Positions 54,651 to 64,000 are shown, counted from the stretch's first letter. The stretch: DNA of 64,000 nt from Caulobacteraceae bacterium (GCA_009773335.1 WRPF01000009.1:7109-71108); one strand, 5' to 3'. Numbers and translations are program-made. The notes: generated by a model not told the origin, from the letters alone.

Positions 54651-56423
54651 TCACTGCGCCGTCGCCGCGCCGCCGGTCGCGATCCAAGTGTCGATGCGGC
54701 GCGCGAGCAGGTCGAGTGGCAGGGCGCCCTCCGAAAGCACGGCCGTGTGGAAGTCACGCAGGTCGAACCGCTCGCCCAGCGCGGTCTGCGCTTTCGTCCG
54801 GAGCCGTCGCAACTCGATCTCGCCGATCTTGTACCCCAACGCCTGACCCGGCCATGACACATATCTTTCAAGTTCCGTCGTGATGTTGTGGGGGCTAAGC
54901 GCCGAGTTTTCCTCGAAGCACCTGCGTGCCTGCGGCAGGTCCCAGCGCTTCCAGTGAATGCCGGTGTCGGCCACGAGCCGGCACGCGCGCCACATCTCGT
55001 AAGAGAGGCGGCCGAATTTCTCGTACGGATCGCGATAGATGCCCATCTCCTCGCCGAGATACTCCGCGTAGAGCCCCCAGCCTTCGGTGAAGGCGGTCAC
55101 GTCGGCATTGCGTCGGAACCATGGCAGGTCGGTGCGCTCCTGCGCGAGCGCGATCTGGATGTGGTGGCCGGGCGCGGCTTCGTGCAGCGTGAGCGCGGGC
55201 AGTTCGTAGAGCGGCCGCTGGTCGAGTTTCGTCGTGTTGACCATGTAGCCGCCCGCGATGCCCTGCTGCGGGGAGCCGCCGTTGTAGCGTCCGGTCGTGT
55301 ATGTGAGCGCGATGTCGGCGGGTACGGGCCGCACGCCGTAGCTCAGGCGCGGCAGGACGCGGAACAGGCCCGGCAAACGATCATCCGCGCGCTTGGCGAT
55401 CTCGGATGCGCGCATCATCAGTTCGTCGGGCGTCTGTGCATAGAAGCGCGGATCGGTGCGCAGGTAGGCGAGAAATTCCGCAAACGTGCCGTTGAATCCG
55501 GCCTCCGCCATCACCGTCTGCATGCGGGCGCGGATACGCGCGACTTCGGAGAGACCGAGCGCGTGCACCTCGTCAGGCGTCATGCGCGTCGTCGTGTGGC
55601 GGCGGATGAGATAGGCGTAGTAGGCTGCGCCATTGGGCCGGTCGCGCACGGCGAGGCTCGCAGCCGCGCGGGGCAGGTACTCGGTCTCCATGAAGCGCAG
55701 CAGCGCGCGCTGCGCCGGGATCACTCCGGTATCGAGGGCGGCGCGTGCGCGTGCGCGCAGAGCGGCTGCATCTTCGGCGGCAATGGTCGACGGGAGCGTT
55801 GCGAGCGGCGCGTAGAGCGGGCTTGCCTCCGCGTTTGCAGGAATGGCGCGGATCTGGACGAGCGCCGCCTCGACGACAGGGCGCGGCTGCACGAAGCGCG
55901 TGGCGAGCCCGCGCCGCACGTTCGCGGTGTTCTGCAAGTAGTAGCCCGGCAGCGCTTCGAGGCGCGCGATCCACGCTTCCGCGTCTGCCCTGGTGCGCAC
56001 GGGCGTTGCGGCGGCGAGGTAGCCCGCGAGGCTGAAGAAGCCGCTGTCGTTCTCGAAGGGGATACGGCCAGGGTCGAACGACATGCCCTCGAGGCGATCA
56101 TCGACGATCCGGGCGAGGAACTCGCGGTTGAACGCGGCGTCGGCGTCCATGCCGGTTCCGTCCAGTGCGGCGAGGCGGTTTTGGAAGCGCTGCAGCGCCG
56201 CCTTCCTTCTGGCGTCCGCCGCTGGCGAGGGATCCGGAAGAAGGGCGAGCGCCGCGCGGTCTCCCTCGAAGCCCGAGGTGATCGGGTCCTGCGCGCGCTC
56301 GTAGGCCTCGAAATCCGCGACAATCCGCGCGAATCCGGCGGGGGCCTCCGCCTGTTCCGCCAGGGCGCCTCCCGGAGCGGCGATCACGAGCGCGAAAACC
56401 AAGCCGAAACAGATGCTTCTCAT
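54651..56423 (-). CDS. DUF885-family protein (secreted, HExxH-containing)
   Basis: 590 aa. Signal peptide MRSICFGLVFALVIAAPGGALA. LHEAAPGHHIQ. Confidence 0.8.
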   Translation of the reverse strand: MRSICFGLVFALVIAAPGGALAEQAEAPAGFARIVADFEAYERAQDPITSGFEGDRAALALLPDPSPAADARRKAALQRFQNRLAALDGTGMDADAAFNREFLARIVDDRLEGMSFDPGRIPFENDSGFFSLAGYLAAATPVRTRADAEAWIARLEALPGYYLQNTANVRRGLATRFVQPRPVVEAALVQIRAIPANAEASPLYAPLATLPSTIAAEDAAALRARARAALDTGVIPAQRALLRFMETEYLPRAAASLAVRDRPNGAAYYAYLIRRHTTTRMTPDEVHALGLSEVARIRARMQTVMAEAGFNGTFAEFLAYLRTDPRFYAQTPDELMMRASEIAKRADDRLPGLFRVLPRLSYGVRPVPADIALTYTTGRYNGGSPQQGIAGGYMVNTTKLDQRPLYELPALTLHEAAPGHHIQIALAQERTDLPWFRRNADVTAFTEGWGLYAEYLGEEMGIYRDPYEKFGRLSYEMWRACRLVADTGIHWKRWDLPQARRCFEENSALSPHNITTELERYVSWPGQALGYKIGEIELRRLRTKAQTALGERFDLRDFHTAVLSEGALPLDLLARRIDTWIATGGAATAQ

Positions 56424-56488
56424 GATCCGATCCCCGTAGCCGCCCGCCTCGGGCCGCGCCGGCGAGTTCGCCTCCGGGCGGCGGCGGT

Positions 56489-56513
56489 GTCAATTCGCGG
56501 CGCTTGAATTGAC
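56489..56513. promoter_or_regulatory. inverted repeat GTCAATTC-N9-GAATTGAC upstream of sdhC
   Basis: Read directly, 65 nt upstream of the sdhC ATG. 8-bp arms of this kind are expected by chance several times per 64 kb, so only the position supports the call. Confidence 0.25.
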
Positions 56514-56577
56514 TAAGGCGCGACGCCCCCTACGATCCGCCACATTCAAATCGGCGTAATACTCCCCAGGAGCATAC

Positions 56578-56964
56578 ATGGCCGCCCCGCCAGACAACCG
56601 TCCTTTGTCGCCGCACCTGCAGGTCTGGCGACCGCACATCACGATGGTCGCCTCGATCTCGAACCGCTTCGCCGGCGCAGGACTCGTCGTTGGCGCCTTC
56701 GCGCTCGTCGCCTGGCTCTGGGCGCTGGCTGCGGGACCGGAAGACTTCGCAAACGTCTCGGCGCTGCTGAAATCAACCCTGGGTCAGATCGCACTGTTCC
56801 TCGTCGCCGTCGCCGGGGCCTACCATTTCGCGGCGGGCGTCCGGCACCTCGTATGGGACGCAGGCCGCGGGTTCAGTCCGCGCGTCGCCGACCTCACCGG
56901 CTGGGGGGCCTTCATCTTTGCGCTCGCCGCGCCTGTGGCGCTGTGGGCTCTGGCGGGAGCATGA
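56578..56964 (+). CDS. sdhC: succinate dehydrogenase cytochrome b556 subunit
   Basis: 128 aa. RPLSPHLQVWR. AGGAG SD. Confidence 0.9.
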   Translation: MAAPPDNRPLSPHLQVWRPHITMVASISNRFAGAGLVVGAFALVAWLWALAAGPEDFANVSALLKSTLGQIALFLVAVAGAYHFAAGVRHLVWDAGRGFSPRVADLTGWGAFIFALAAPVALWALAGA

Positions 56965-56968
56965 GCCG

Positions 56969-57319
56969 ATGAGCGCCAAATCCGCCGGCCACGGCACGGG
57001 CCATTTCATCGCCGAACGCCTGACCGCGATCCTTCTTCTGTTCCTCACGCCGTGGTTCATGATCTCGGCGGCGATGTCGCTGGATGGAACTTTCGAGGCT
57101 GCGCGCCTCTGGCTCGCCAGCCCGCTCAACGCGATCGGCGTCGGGCTCTTCCTGCTGATCTCGCTGCATCACATGCGTCTCGGCGTTCAGGTCATCGCTG
57201 AAGACTATCTGACCAAGGTCGGAACGCGTCGCCTTGTTCTCGGCGTCAACACGCTCATCACGCTTCTTGCTGCGGCGGTCGGCGTGTTCGCGCTCTACAA
57301 AATCAGTCTCGGGGGTTGA
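56969..57319 (+). CDS. sdhD: succinate dehydrogenase hydrophobic membrane anchor subunit
   Basis: Start at ATG 56969. 116 aa, three TM helices, HHMRLGVQVIAEDY. Confidence 0.85.
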   Translation: MSAKSAGHGTGHFIAERLTAILLLFLTPWFMISAAMSLDGTFEAARLWLASPLNAIGVGLFLLISLHHMRLGVQVIAEDYLTKVGTRRLVLGVNTLITLLAAAVGVFALYKISLGG

Positions 57320-57325
57320 GGTCTC

Positions 57326-59116
57326 GTGCCAGCCTATAAATGGATCGATCACGACTATGACGTCATCGTCGTCGGCGCCGGCGGATCGGGGCTTCGCGCC
57401 GCCGTCGGTTGCGCGCAGGCGGGGCTGAAAACAGCCTGTATTTCAAAGGTGTTTCCCACGCGCTCGCATACGGTGGCGGCCCAGGGCGGCATCTCGGCCG
57501 CGCTCGGCAACATGGGCGAGGACGACTGGCGCTGGCACATGTTCGACACCGTGAAGGGATCGGACTGGCTCGGCGATCAGGACGCCATCGAATACCTGAC
57601 CCGCAACGCGCCGGCGGCGGTGTACGAGCTCGAGCACTGGGGCGTGCCGTTCTCGCGCACGGCGGAAGGCAAGATCTACCAGCGCGCCTTCGGCGGCATG
57701 ACGCGCAACTACGGCGAAGCGCCGGTGCAGCGCACCTGCGCGGCCGCCGACCGCACCGGTCACGCCATGCTGCACACGCTCTATGGCCAGTCGCTGCGTT
57801 ATGACGTGGATTTCTTCATCGAATATGTTGCGCTCGATCTCATCATGGACGGCGAGGGCGCGTGTCGCGGCGTGACGGCATGGAAGCTCGATGACGGCAC
57901 GCTCCATCGCTATCGCGCGCAGACGGTCGTGCTCGCCACCGGCGGCTATGGCCGCGCCTTCTTCTCCTGCACGTCGGCGCATACCTGCACCGGCGACGGC
58001 AACGCCATGGTCCTGCGCGCGGGCCTGCCGCTGCAGGACATGGAATTCGTGCAGTTCCACCCGACCGGCATCTACGGCGCTGGATGCCTCATCACCGAGG
58101 GCGTGCGCGGCGAGGGCGGCTATCTCACCAACTCCGAGGGCGAACGCTTCATGGAGCGCTATGCGCCGACCGTGAAGGATCTCGCGCCGCGCGACATGGT
58201 CAGCCGCGCGATGACCATCGAGATCCGCGAAGGCAGAGGCGTCGGGCCGAAGAAGGACCACATCTTCCTTCACCTCGATCACCTCGATCCGAAGATCATC
58301 CATGAGCGGCTTCCCGGCATTTCGGAAAGCGCGCGCGTGTTTGCGGGCGTGGACGTGACGCGCCAGCCGATCCCGGTGCTGCCGACCGTCCACTACAACA
58401 TGGGCGGCATCCCTACGAACTATCACGGCGAAGTGCTGACCAAGCGCGACGGCAATCCCGATCACGTAGTGCAGGGGCTCATGGCCGTCGGCGAAGCGGC
58501 GTGTGTGAGCGTCCATGGCGCGAACCGTCTGGGCTCCAATTCGCTGATCGATCTCGTGGTGTTCGGCCGCGCGGTCGGCCTGCGCTGCGGGGAAATGCTC
58601 AAGAAGGGCGCCACGAAGCCGCCGCTGCCGGCGAACGCCGGGGACTCGCATCTGGCCCGCTTTGATCGGTTCCGGTTCGCCAAGGGCGCCACACCGACGG
58701 CGAAGCTGCGCGATCACATGCAGCGCGCGATGCAGGACACCTGCGCGGTCTATCGCGACGGCCCGACGCTTGAAGAAGGCGTGCGCCGCGTGGCGGACGT
58801 GTTCCGCGGCGCGTCCGACATCGGCGTCAAGGACCGCTCGCTGATCTGGAACTCCGACCTCGCCGAGACCATCGAGTTCGACAACCTCATCCAGCAGGCG
58901 GTTGTGACGGTGAACGGCGCCGCCAACCGCGCCGAGAGCCGTGGCGCCCACGCGCGGGAGGATTTCCCCGATCGCGACGACGTGAACTGGATGAAGCACA
59001 CGCTGGCGTGGATCGATGAGTCCAGCGGCCGCACGACGATCGACTATCGTCCCGTGCACTCCAACACGATGACGAACGAAGTCGAATCCATCCCGCCGAG
59101 GAAGCGCGTGTATTGA
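57326..59116 (+). CDS. sdhA: succinate dehydrogenase flavoprotein subunit
   Basis: 596 aa. [37 protein letters not shown]. Confidence 0.97.
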   Translation: MPAYKWIDHDYDVIVVGAGGSGLRAAVGCAQAGLKTACISKVFPTRSHTVAAQGGISAALGNMGEDDWRWHMFDTVKGSDWLGDQDAIEYLTRNAPAAVYELEHWGVPFSRTAEGKIYQRAFGGMTRNYGEAPVQRTCAAADRTGHAMLHTLYGQSLRYDVDFFIEYVALDLIMDGEGACRGVTAWKLDDGTLHRYRAQTVVLATGGYGRAFFSCTSAHTCTGDGNAMVLRAGLPLQDMEFVQFHPTGIYGAGCLITEGVRGEGGYLTNSEGERFMERYAPTVKDLAPRDMVSRAMTIEIREGRGVGPKKDHIFLHLDHLDPKIIHERLPGISESARVFAGVDVTRQPIPVLPTVHYNMGGIPTNYHGEVLTKRDGNPDHVVQGLMAVGEAACVSVHGANRLGSNSLIDLVVFGRAVGLRCGEMLKKGATKPPLPANAGDSHLARFDRFRFAKGATPTAKLRDHMQRAMQDTCAVYRDGPTLEEGVRRVADVFRGASDIGVKDRSLIWNSDLAETIEFDNLIQQAVVTVNGAANRAESRGAHAREDFPDRDDVNWMKHTLAWIDESSGRTTIDYRPVHSNTMTNEVESIPPRKRVY

Positions 59117-59126
59117 GGCGATCGAA

Positions 59127-59720
59127 GTGAATCTCATGACATTGCGTTGGCCCACGGGCGCTATCTTCGGCGCTTTGCTTTCCGCTTGTGGGCCAACGGC
59201 GCCGGGAACTATCGCGGTTGATATCGCAAGATGCGAACAGACGGCCTCGCAGGAGGTGGCGCTTCTCGCCGCCACGCCTGACTATGTCGTGGAAACACGC
59301 GCGTTCGATGGACCGAAGCCCGCGAACATCGAGGCCGCGGCCATCCTGGCATCCAATCCCTGCGCCAACGCCACGGTGATGCTCACCGTTCGTCGCATCG
59401 AGGACGGCGCTTTCGTACACGGCTTCGTCAGTTCGATGAACCGCATGGATCTCATCGAGGGTCACGCAGGTCCGCCGTTCGACGGCGCGAAGCTCGCGAC
59501 GTTTCTGGGGGAATGGGCGAAGGTGACGGTCGCAACGACCGACGCCGCGCCATCCGGCGTCGTCGCCACGACCCTCGACGCCGCCGCATATGCGGAGATG
59601 CAGGCGAAAAAGGCGCCGATGCTCTGCCACGCTGCCAACGTGCACGAGCGTGCGTGTTTCAGCATCGACGCCGAAGATCCCTACACGCTCACGCCGTTCT
59701 TCACCGAGGACCAGAGCTGA
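59127..59720 (+). CDS. hypothetical lipoprotein
   Basis: 197 aa. Lipobox ALLSAC. Starts 10 nt after the sdhA stop. No motif recognised. Confidence 0.55.
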   Translation: MNLMTLRWPTGAIFGALLSACGPTAPGTIAVDIARCEQTASQEVALLAATPDYVVETRAFDGPKPANIEAAAILASNPCANATVMLTVRRIEDGAFVHGFVSSMNRMDLIEGHAGPPFDGAKLATFLGEWAKVTVATTDAAPSGVVATTLDAAAYAEMQAKKAPMLCHAANVHERACFSIDAEDPYTLTPFFTEDQS

Positions 59721-59773
59721 GCCGGGAGGCGGCGCCCGTGGCGCAAGGCGCGACGCGAGGGTAAGACGCGGGC

Positions 59774-60199
59774 ATGTCGTTCTGGTCCAGCCTTGGCGAG
59801 GAATTCGCCGCCCGCCGCCGCCGCCTGCACCGTGGGCCGATGAAGTCGTGGGCCAACCCCATCGAATTTCTCGTCCTTGGCGGGCTGGTGCTGGCGGTGA
59901 TCGCGCCGGTCGTCGGGCGCAACGGTCTGGCCGACGCGCCCTGGGGGCCGGGCCTGCCGCTGGCGCTGATTCTCGCCTACCTGCTGTTTGAGCGCCGTCG
60001 CCAGCAGGCGCTGTCCACAGGGGGGGAGCCTGAAACGGTGCGTGCGGCCTATGACAAGCGCGCCAACTGGCTTTTCGTGGCATGTGCGCTCGCCGGCGCC
60101 GCGACATTCGCATGGGCGCTGCTGAAACCCGTTCCCGAGACGTTTGTGCCCGAAGCGCCGCCGGAGACAGGGACGTTCGATGTGAACATCGGGCCGTGA
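59774..60199 (+). CDS. hypothetical membrane protein
   Basis: 141 aa, three hydrophobic segments, coding-like codon bias. Confidence 0.5.
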   Translation: MSFWSSLGEEFAARRRRLHRGPMKSWANPIEFLVLGGLVLAVIAPVVGRNGLADAPWGPGLPLALILAYLLFERRRQQALSTGGEPETVRAAYDKRANWLFVACALAGAATFAWALLKPVPETFVPEAPPETGTFDVNIGP

Positions 60200-60296
60200 C
60201 CGATCCTGCGCGCGCACCCTGCGAAATCGCATGCGCCGGGCAGCCGGTTTTCGCCGCAATCGCGGCTGAAGATGAACTCTCCGTCATGAAAGAGGA

Positions 60297-61745
60297 GTGC
60301 GGTCGATGAACGACCAGCTTCGCCTGCCGACACGCTCGGTCGGCCTCAAGTTCCTGCTCGTGTGCATACTCGCCGTGCTGATGGCGCTGCCCGCCTTCGC
60401 CATCTTCGGACTGATCTACGACCGGACAAATCGCGCCGACGAGGTCGTCCGCGAAGTAGGCCAGCGCTATGGCGGCGAGCAGACCTTCACCGGGCCCATC
60501 ATCGCTGCGCCATTCCGGCAGGTGATCCCCGCGCCGCCCGCAAGCCCCGACAATCCCCGTCCGACCGCTACGGTGCGCAACGGCTGGTACGTCGTGTTCG
60601 CGGGCGCCGGGAAGGGCGAAGCCGTCATCGACACGGACGTGAAGGCCCGCGGCTCGGGCGGCCTCTTCAAGGTGCGGACCTACACCGCAGACGTGGATTT
60701 CAATGGCGCGTTCGACCTCGCAGGTGAACCGTCGGCTGCGCCCGAAGGCGCCACGATCGACTGGGCGAAATCTGTCTTCCTCGTGGGAGTCTCCGATCCC
60801 CGCGGCGCTGCTGCGCCTGCAGAGCTCAAGGTTGCAGACCGCACCATTCCACTCGAACCGGGCTCCGCCTACGCAGAGGTGTTCGGCGCCTTTCAGGCGA
60901 CCGGCAATCCTTATGGCGCGCCCGTCGCGGTCTCGCCGGTCGGTATGCAGTGGCTCGTTGCACAGGCAGGCGACTTCGTGCGCCCGGAGGCGAAGTTCGA
61001 GGTTCGCACAAAGCTCAAGTTCACGGGCGTGGAGACGGTCAGCCTGATCGCCTTCGCGCGCGATACGGACCTGCGCATTCGCGGTGACTGGAAAGACGTG
61101 GGCTTCTTCGGCGCGTTCCCGCCGAAGGACGGCGCCGGCGCGCCTGTTCAGTCGTCGACCGAAGCCGCCTTCGACGGCCAATGGACCGTGCCGTTCATCG
61201 CCCGCAATTTGGCAGAATCCGGCGATTCCTCGACGCTCGGCAATCTCGCGAACCTCAACGTACAGGTCCGCCTCATTGATCCCGCGAACCCCTACCAGTC
61301 CGTGACGCGCGCCCTGAAGTACGCGCTGATGTTCCTCGGCGTCGTGTTCCTCGCGTACTTCCTGATGGAATCGACCTCCAACCGGCGCGTTCACCCGGCG
61401 CAGTACATCCTCGTCGGTCTGGCGCAGCTGATCTTCTACCTGCTGCTGCTGGCCATCGCCGAGCGTGTCGGTTTCGATCTCGCGTTCCTGATCGCGGCGG
61501 GCGCCACTGTGACCCTGATCGGCGCCTACGCGGGCGGGGTGTTCCGCAGCGCGCGGCGCGGCTTCATCGCGTTCTTCGCCTTCGCCGTGCTCTACGCGCT
61601 CATCTACCTGCTGATGCGCCTTGAGGACTACGCGCTGCTGGCGGGCTCGATCGCGGCCTTCGTCTCGATCGCGGCGGTCATGTGGTTCACCCGAAACCTT
61701 GACTGGTACGGGCTTGTGCGCAGCCAGGAGGATGGCAAGGCCTGA
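60297..61745 (+). CDS. creD: cell-envelope integrity inner-membrane protein CreD
   Basis: 482 aa (alternative ATG 60306). The C-terminal block HPAQYILVGLAQLIFYLLLLAIAERVGF...FTRNLDWYG is colinear with E. coli CreD as I remember it. Confidence 0.75.
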   Translation: MRSMNDQLRLPTRSVGLKFLLVCILAVLMALPAFAIFGLIYDRTNRADEVVREVGQRYGGEQTFTGPIIAAPFRQVIPAPPASPDNPRPTATVRNGWYVVFAGAGKGEAVIDTDVKARGSGGLFKVRTYTADVDFNGAFDLAGEPSAAPEGATIDWAKSVFLVGVSDPRGAAAPAELKVADRTIPLEPGSAYAEVFGAFQATGNPYGAPVAVSPVGMQWLVAQAGDFVRPEAKFEVRTKLKFTGVETVSLIAFARDTDLRIRGDWKDVGFFGAFPPKDGAGAPVQSSTEAAFDGQWTVPFIARNLAESGDSSTLGNLANLNVQVRLIDPANPYQSVTRALKYALMFLGVVFLAYFLMESTSNRRVHPAQYILVGLAQLIFYLLLLAIAERVGFDLAFLIAAGATVTLIGAYAGGVFRSARRGFIAFFAFAVLYALIYLLMRLEDYALLAGSIAAFVSIAAVMWFTRNLDWYGLVRSQEDGKA

Positions 61746-61757
61746 CATACCCGTCTC

Positions 61758-61787
61758 GCCCACCCCCACGGCGGCGAGGGGGTGGGC
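61758..61787 (+). terminator. 10-bp GC hairpin GCCCACCCCC/GGGGGTGGGC after creD
   Basis: Read directly. Starts 13 nt after the creD stop and lies 75 nt before sdhB. Confidence 0.6.
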
Positions 61788-61862
61788 AGTGCGGCGTCCG
61801 GAGCGCTTGACGGTTCGGGACGAACTCGCCACGGTCCGCGCAACTTTGTTCCGGGATAGTTC

Positions 61863-62642
61863 ATGGTCGAGCTTACGCTTCCGAAGAATTCCAGGGTCCA
61901 GAAGGGCGAGCACCACGCCGCGCCGCAGGGGGCCTCGCGCGTCCGCAACGTCAAGGTCTACCGCTACGACCCGGACACCGAACTGAATCCTCGCTGGGAC
62001 ACTTACGAGGTCGATCTCGACGCCTGCGGGCCGATGGTTCTCGACGTTCTCATCCACATCAAGAACGAGATCGATCCGTCGCTGACGTTCCGCCGCTCCT
62101 GCCGCGAAGGCGTGTGCGGATCGTGCGCGATGAACATCGGCGGACGCAATACGCTCGCGTGCACCAAGGGCGTGGACGAAATTCCTGGCAAGGATCTCAC
62201 GATCAGCCCGCTGCCGCACATGCCGGTGGTGAAGGATCTCGTTCCGGACCTGACGAACTTCTACAAGCAGTACGCCTCGATCGAACCTTTCATGCAGGCC
62301 TCGCCGCCACCCGAGAAGGAACGCATCCAGAGCGAGGACGACCGTCGCAAGCTCGACGGCCACTACGAGTGCATCCTCTGCGCATGCTGCTCGACGAGCT
62401 GCCCCTCCTACTGGTGGAACGGCGACACGTATCTCGGTCCTGCCGCGTTGTTGCAGGCGCACCGCTGGATCGAGGACAGCCGCGACGAGGAACGTGAGCG
62501 TCGGCTTGATGCGCTCGAAGATCCCTTCAAACTCTATCGCTGCCACACGATCATGAACTGCGCGCAGGTCTGCCCGAAGGGGCTCAACCCGGCGCAGGCG
62601 ATCGCGGACATCAAGCGGCAGCTTGTGGAGCGGAAGGCCTAA
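61863..62642 (+). CDS. sdhB: succinate dehydrogenase iron-sulfur subunit
   Basis: 259 aa. [41 protein letters not shown]. Confidence 0.97.
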   Translation: MVELTLPKNSRVQKGEHHAAPQGASRVRNVKVYRYDPDTELNPRWDTYEVDLDACGPMVLDVLIHIKNEIDPSLTFRRSCREGVCGSCAMNIGGRNTLACTKGVDEIPGKDLTISPLPHMPVVKDLVPDLTNFYKQYASIEPFMQASPPPEKERIQSEDDRRKLDGHYECILCACCSTSCPSYWWNGDTYLGPAALLQAHRWIEDSRDEERERRLDALEDPFKLYRCHTIMNCAQVCPKGLNPAQAIADIKRQLVERKA

Positions 62643-62660
62643 GGCCTTCCCGAGGCGCCG

Positions 62661-63374
62661 ATGACCCACGACTGGGAACGCATCGCCGCATCCGAGGCGT
62701 TCTTCGGCGTGCTCACCGCCGACAAGTATCGCGCGAAGGAACTCACGCCGGAGCGGATCGCCGAGTTCTACGCGACCGGCGATGCCGACATCGGCTGGGT
62801 GATCGACACATTCAAGCGAGTGTTCGGGGCGGCTCCTTCCGGAACGATTGCGCTGGATATCGGCTGCGGCGTCGGCCGTCTCGCACGCGCCATGCGGGCC
62901 CATGCAACGCGGGTCGTCGGCTACGACGTTTCTGACTCCATGCTCGCGCTCGCGAAGCAACACGCGGGCGAGGGCGTTGACTACGTCAAGGCGCTTCCCG
63001 ACGGCCCGTTCGGCTGGATCAATTCCTTTGTGGTGCTCCAGCACATCGAGTCGCGGGAGGGGCTTGCGCTGCTGAAGCGCGCGCTCGCAGGCCTCGCGCC
63101 CGGCGGCTTTGCGTCGATCCAGGTCACGGCGTGGCGCACGGCGCACCAGCTTCCGACGGGGCTGCAGAAGCTGAAGCGCGCCGCCCATTTCACCCTCGCC
63201 CGCGCCGGGATCCGCCCCGCCGAGGCGCTGATCCAGATGCACGACTACGCGCTGACCGATGTGATCCGCGCCTTCGTCGAGGCCGGGATCGAGGAGCAGC
63301 ACCTCGTCCACACCGATCACGGCGGACATCATGGCGCGTGGGTGTTCGGCCGGAAACCGGTTGTCGGAAGCTAG
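62661..63374 (+). CDS. class I SAM-dependent methyltransferase
   Basis: 237 aa. ALDIGCGVGRLA motif I. Confidence 0.8.
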   Translation: MTHDWERIAASEAFFGVLTADKYRAKELTPERIAEFYATGDADIGWVIDTFKRVFGAAPSGTIALDIGCGVGRLARAMRAHATRVVGYDVSDSMLALAKQHAGEGVDYVKALPDGPFGWINSFVVLQHIESREGLALLKRALAGLAPGGFASIQVTAWRTAHQLPTGLQKLKRAAHFTLARAGIRPAEALIQMHDYALTDVIRAFVEAGIEEQHLVHTDHGGHHGAWVFGRKPVVGS

Positions 63375-63395
63375 ATCGCCCGCTACGCACGCCCC

Positions 63396-63914
63396 ATGCC
63401 CGCACGCACCGACCAGCCCATTGAGCGCCGCACCCTCGCCGTCATCGTCGACAACGAACCGGGCGTGCTCGCCCGCGTGGTCGGGCTCTTTTCGGCGCGC
63501 GGCTACAACATTGAGAGCCTGACGGTCGCCGAGACGGATCACACCTCGCACCGCTCGCGCATCACCATCGTCACCTCCGGGCAGGCGGTTATCCTCGACC
63601 AGATCAAGGCGCAGCTTGAGCGTATCGTCTCGGTGCACACGGTCGTGGACGTCACCCGCGATCCGGCCGGGGTCGAACGCGAGATGGCGCTGATCAAGGT
63701 GAAGTCCGAAGGGCAGGAGCGCATCGAGGCGCTGCGCGTTTCGGAAATCTTCCGCGCCAAGGTCATCGACACCACGCTGAAATCGCTGATCTTCGAGCTG
63801 ACCGGATCGAGCCAGAAGATCGACGCGTTCATCGAACTGGTCCGCCCGCTGGGCCTCGTCGAGGTGAGCCGCACCGGCATCCTGTCGATCCAGCGTGGCG
63901 CTGAACGCACCTGA
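63396..63914 (+). CDS. ilvN: acetolactate synthase small (regulatory) subunit
   Basis: 172 aa. ACT domain TLAVIVDNEPGVLARVVGLFSARGYNIESLTV. Confidence 0.92.
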   Translation: MPARTDQPIERRTLAVIVDNEPGVLARVVGLFSARGYNIESLTVAETDHTSHRSRITIVTSGQAVILDQIKAQLERIVSVHTVVDVTRDPAGVEREMALIKVKSEGQERIEALRVSEIFRAKVIDTTLKSLIFELTGSSQKIDAFIELVRPLGLVEVSRTGILSIQRGAERT

Positions 63915-64000
63915 CGGCTGGCGCCGGGGGACCAAGCCGGGCGATACTGGGCCCGACACTGCTTCGGGGATCTTCGCATGCACAATCGCCTCTTCGCAGC

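Noticed and set aside
58887-63983. A 1698-aa open reading frame on the minus strand, the longest ORF in the track.
   Set aside because: It is the codon-aligned antisense shadow of real + strand genes. Its codons share the coordinate phase (lowest base divisible by 3) with the lipoprotein gene, creD, sdhB, the methyltransferase and ilvN. Antisense stops would therefore require the sense codons TTA, CTA or TCA, which are rare in this GC3-rich genome. The translation is Arg/Ala/Gly-rich low-complexity sequence with no motifs, whereas the + strand genes have unambiguous Sdh/CreD/IlvN signatures.
63978-64000. An ATG at 63978 (MHNRLFA...), possibly the start of the next gene.
   Set aside because: Only 23 nt lie inside the window, which is too short to support any call.
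1-64000. A search for CRISPR arrays, IS elements/transposases, integrases, prophage blocks, restriction-modification, toxin-antitoxin pairs or other recognisable defence systems.
   Set aside because: I saw no spaced direct-repeat arrays, no DDE/tyrosine/serine recombinase motifs and no Cas, REase or MTase-REase pairs. The GNAT gene at 37935 has no adjacent antitoxin-like ORF. The only mobile-like signature is the GIY-YIG gene with its palindromic element at 51.3-51.8 kb. A dedicated HMM scan (for example DefenseFinder/PADLOC-type models) would be needed to exclude divergent systems.

Overview
High-GC chromosomal segment of alphaproteobacterial type. The assignment to Hyphomicrobiales/Rhizobiales-like organisms is an inference from gene content only: exoY/exoF/exoP-type EPS genes, ethylmalonyl-CoA pathway genes, and a GIY-YIG-associated palindromic repeat. 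I support about 60 protein-coding genes. I recognised no rRNA, tRNA, CRISPR array, transposase, integrase or prophage block.

Layout:
- (1) 1-4.9 kb: epoxide hydrolase (partial), lipoprotein methyltransferase, RNase T2, divergent EF-G paralog.
- (2) about 5.8-34.5 kb: a composite surface-polysaccharide island of about 29 kb.
  - A CDP-sugar modification cassette: rfbF, two SDR epimerase/dehydratases, a SAF-domain oxidoreductase, a DegT aminotransferase and an RmlC-like cupin.
  - FkbM methyltransferase, Wzy-like polymerase, Wzx-like flippase, GT2 plus three GT4-type transferases, and an ExoY-like priming transferase.
  - An export block: a phosphoesterase-like gene, a short OPX, an OM beta-barrel and a BY-kinase.
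  - rmlC and rmlDBA, plus a second O-antigen-ligase-family gene.
- (3) 34.7-50.4 kb: leuB, asd, VOC, GNAT, two tandem GH16 glycanases, SPFH, rarD, a PLP enzyme, a second phosphoesterase, an orphan sensor kinase, a serine hydrolase, creA and a pyridoxal kinase.
- (4) 50.5-52.8 kb: a malyl-CoA lyase/thioesterase-like gene and a mesaconyl-CoA-hydratase-like gene. They are separated by a perfect nested 28-bp inverted repeat plus a GIY-YIG gene that reads in frame into the hydratase.
- (5) 52.9-56.4 kb: an SH3b-GH19 wall hydrolase with a membrane-anchored partner, and a DUF885 protein.
- (6) 56.6-62.6 kb: sdhCDA and sdhB, split by three envelope genes including creD.
- (7) A methyltransferase and an ilvN-type small subunit without its large subunit.

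I did not find a clear-cut novel multi-gene system such as a defence island. The candidates most worth follow-up are:
- the motif-degenerate PPP-family phosphoesterase placed where a Wzb-type phosphatase would sit;
- the unassigned CDP-amino-sugar cassette with a sigma54-like promoter;
- the GIY-YIG/palindrome insertion that creates a fused ORF;
- the membrane-anchored GH16 with a duplicated cytoplasmic helical module.

All functional calls come from my own motif recognition on the translated ORFs. No database search was run.
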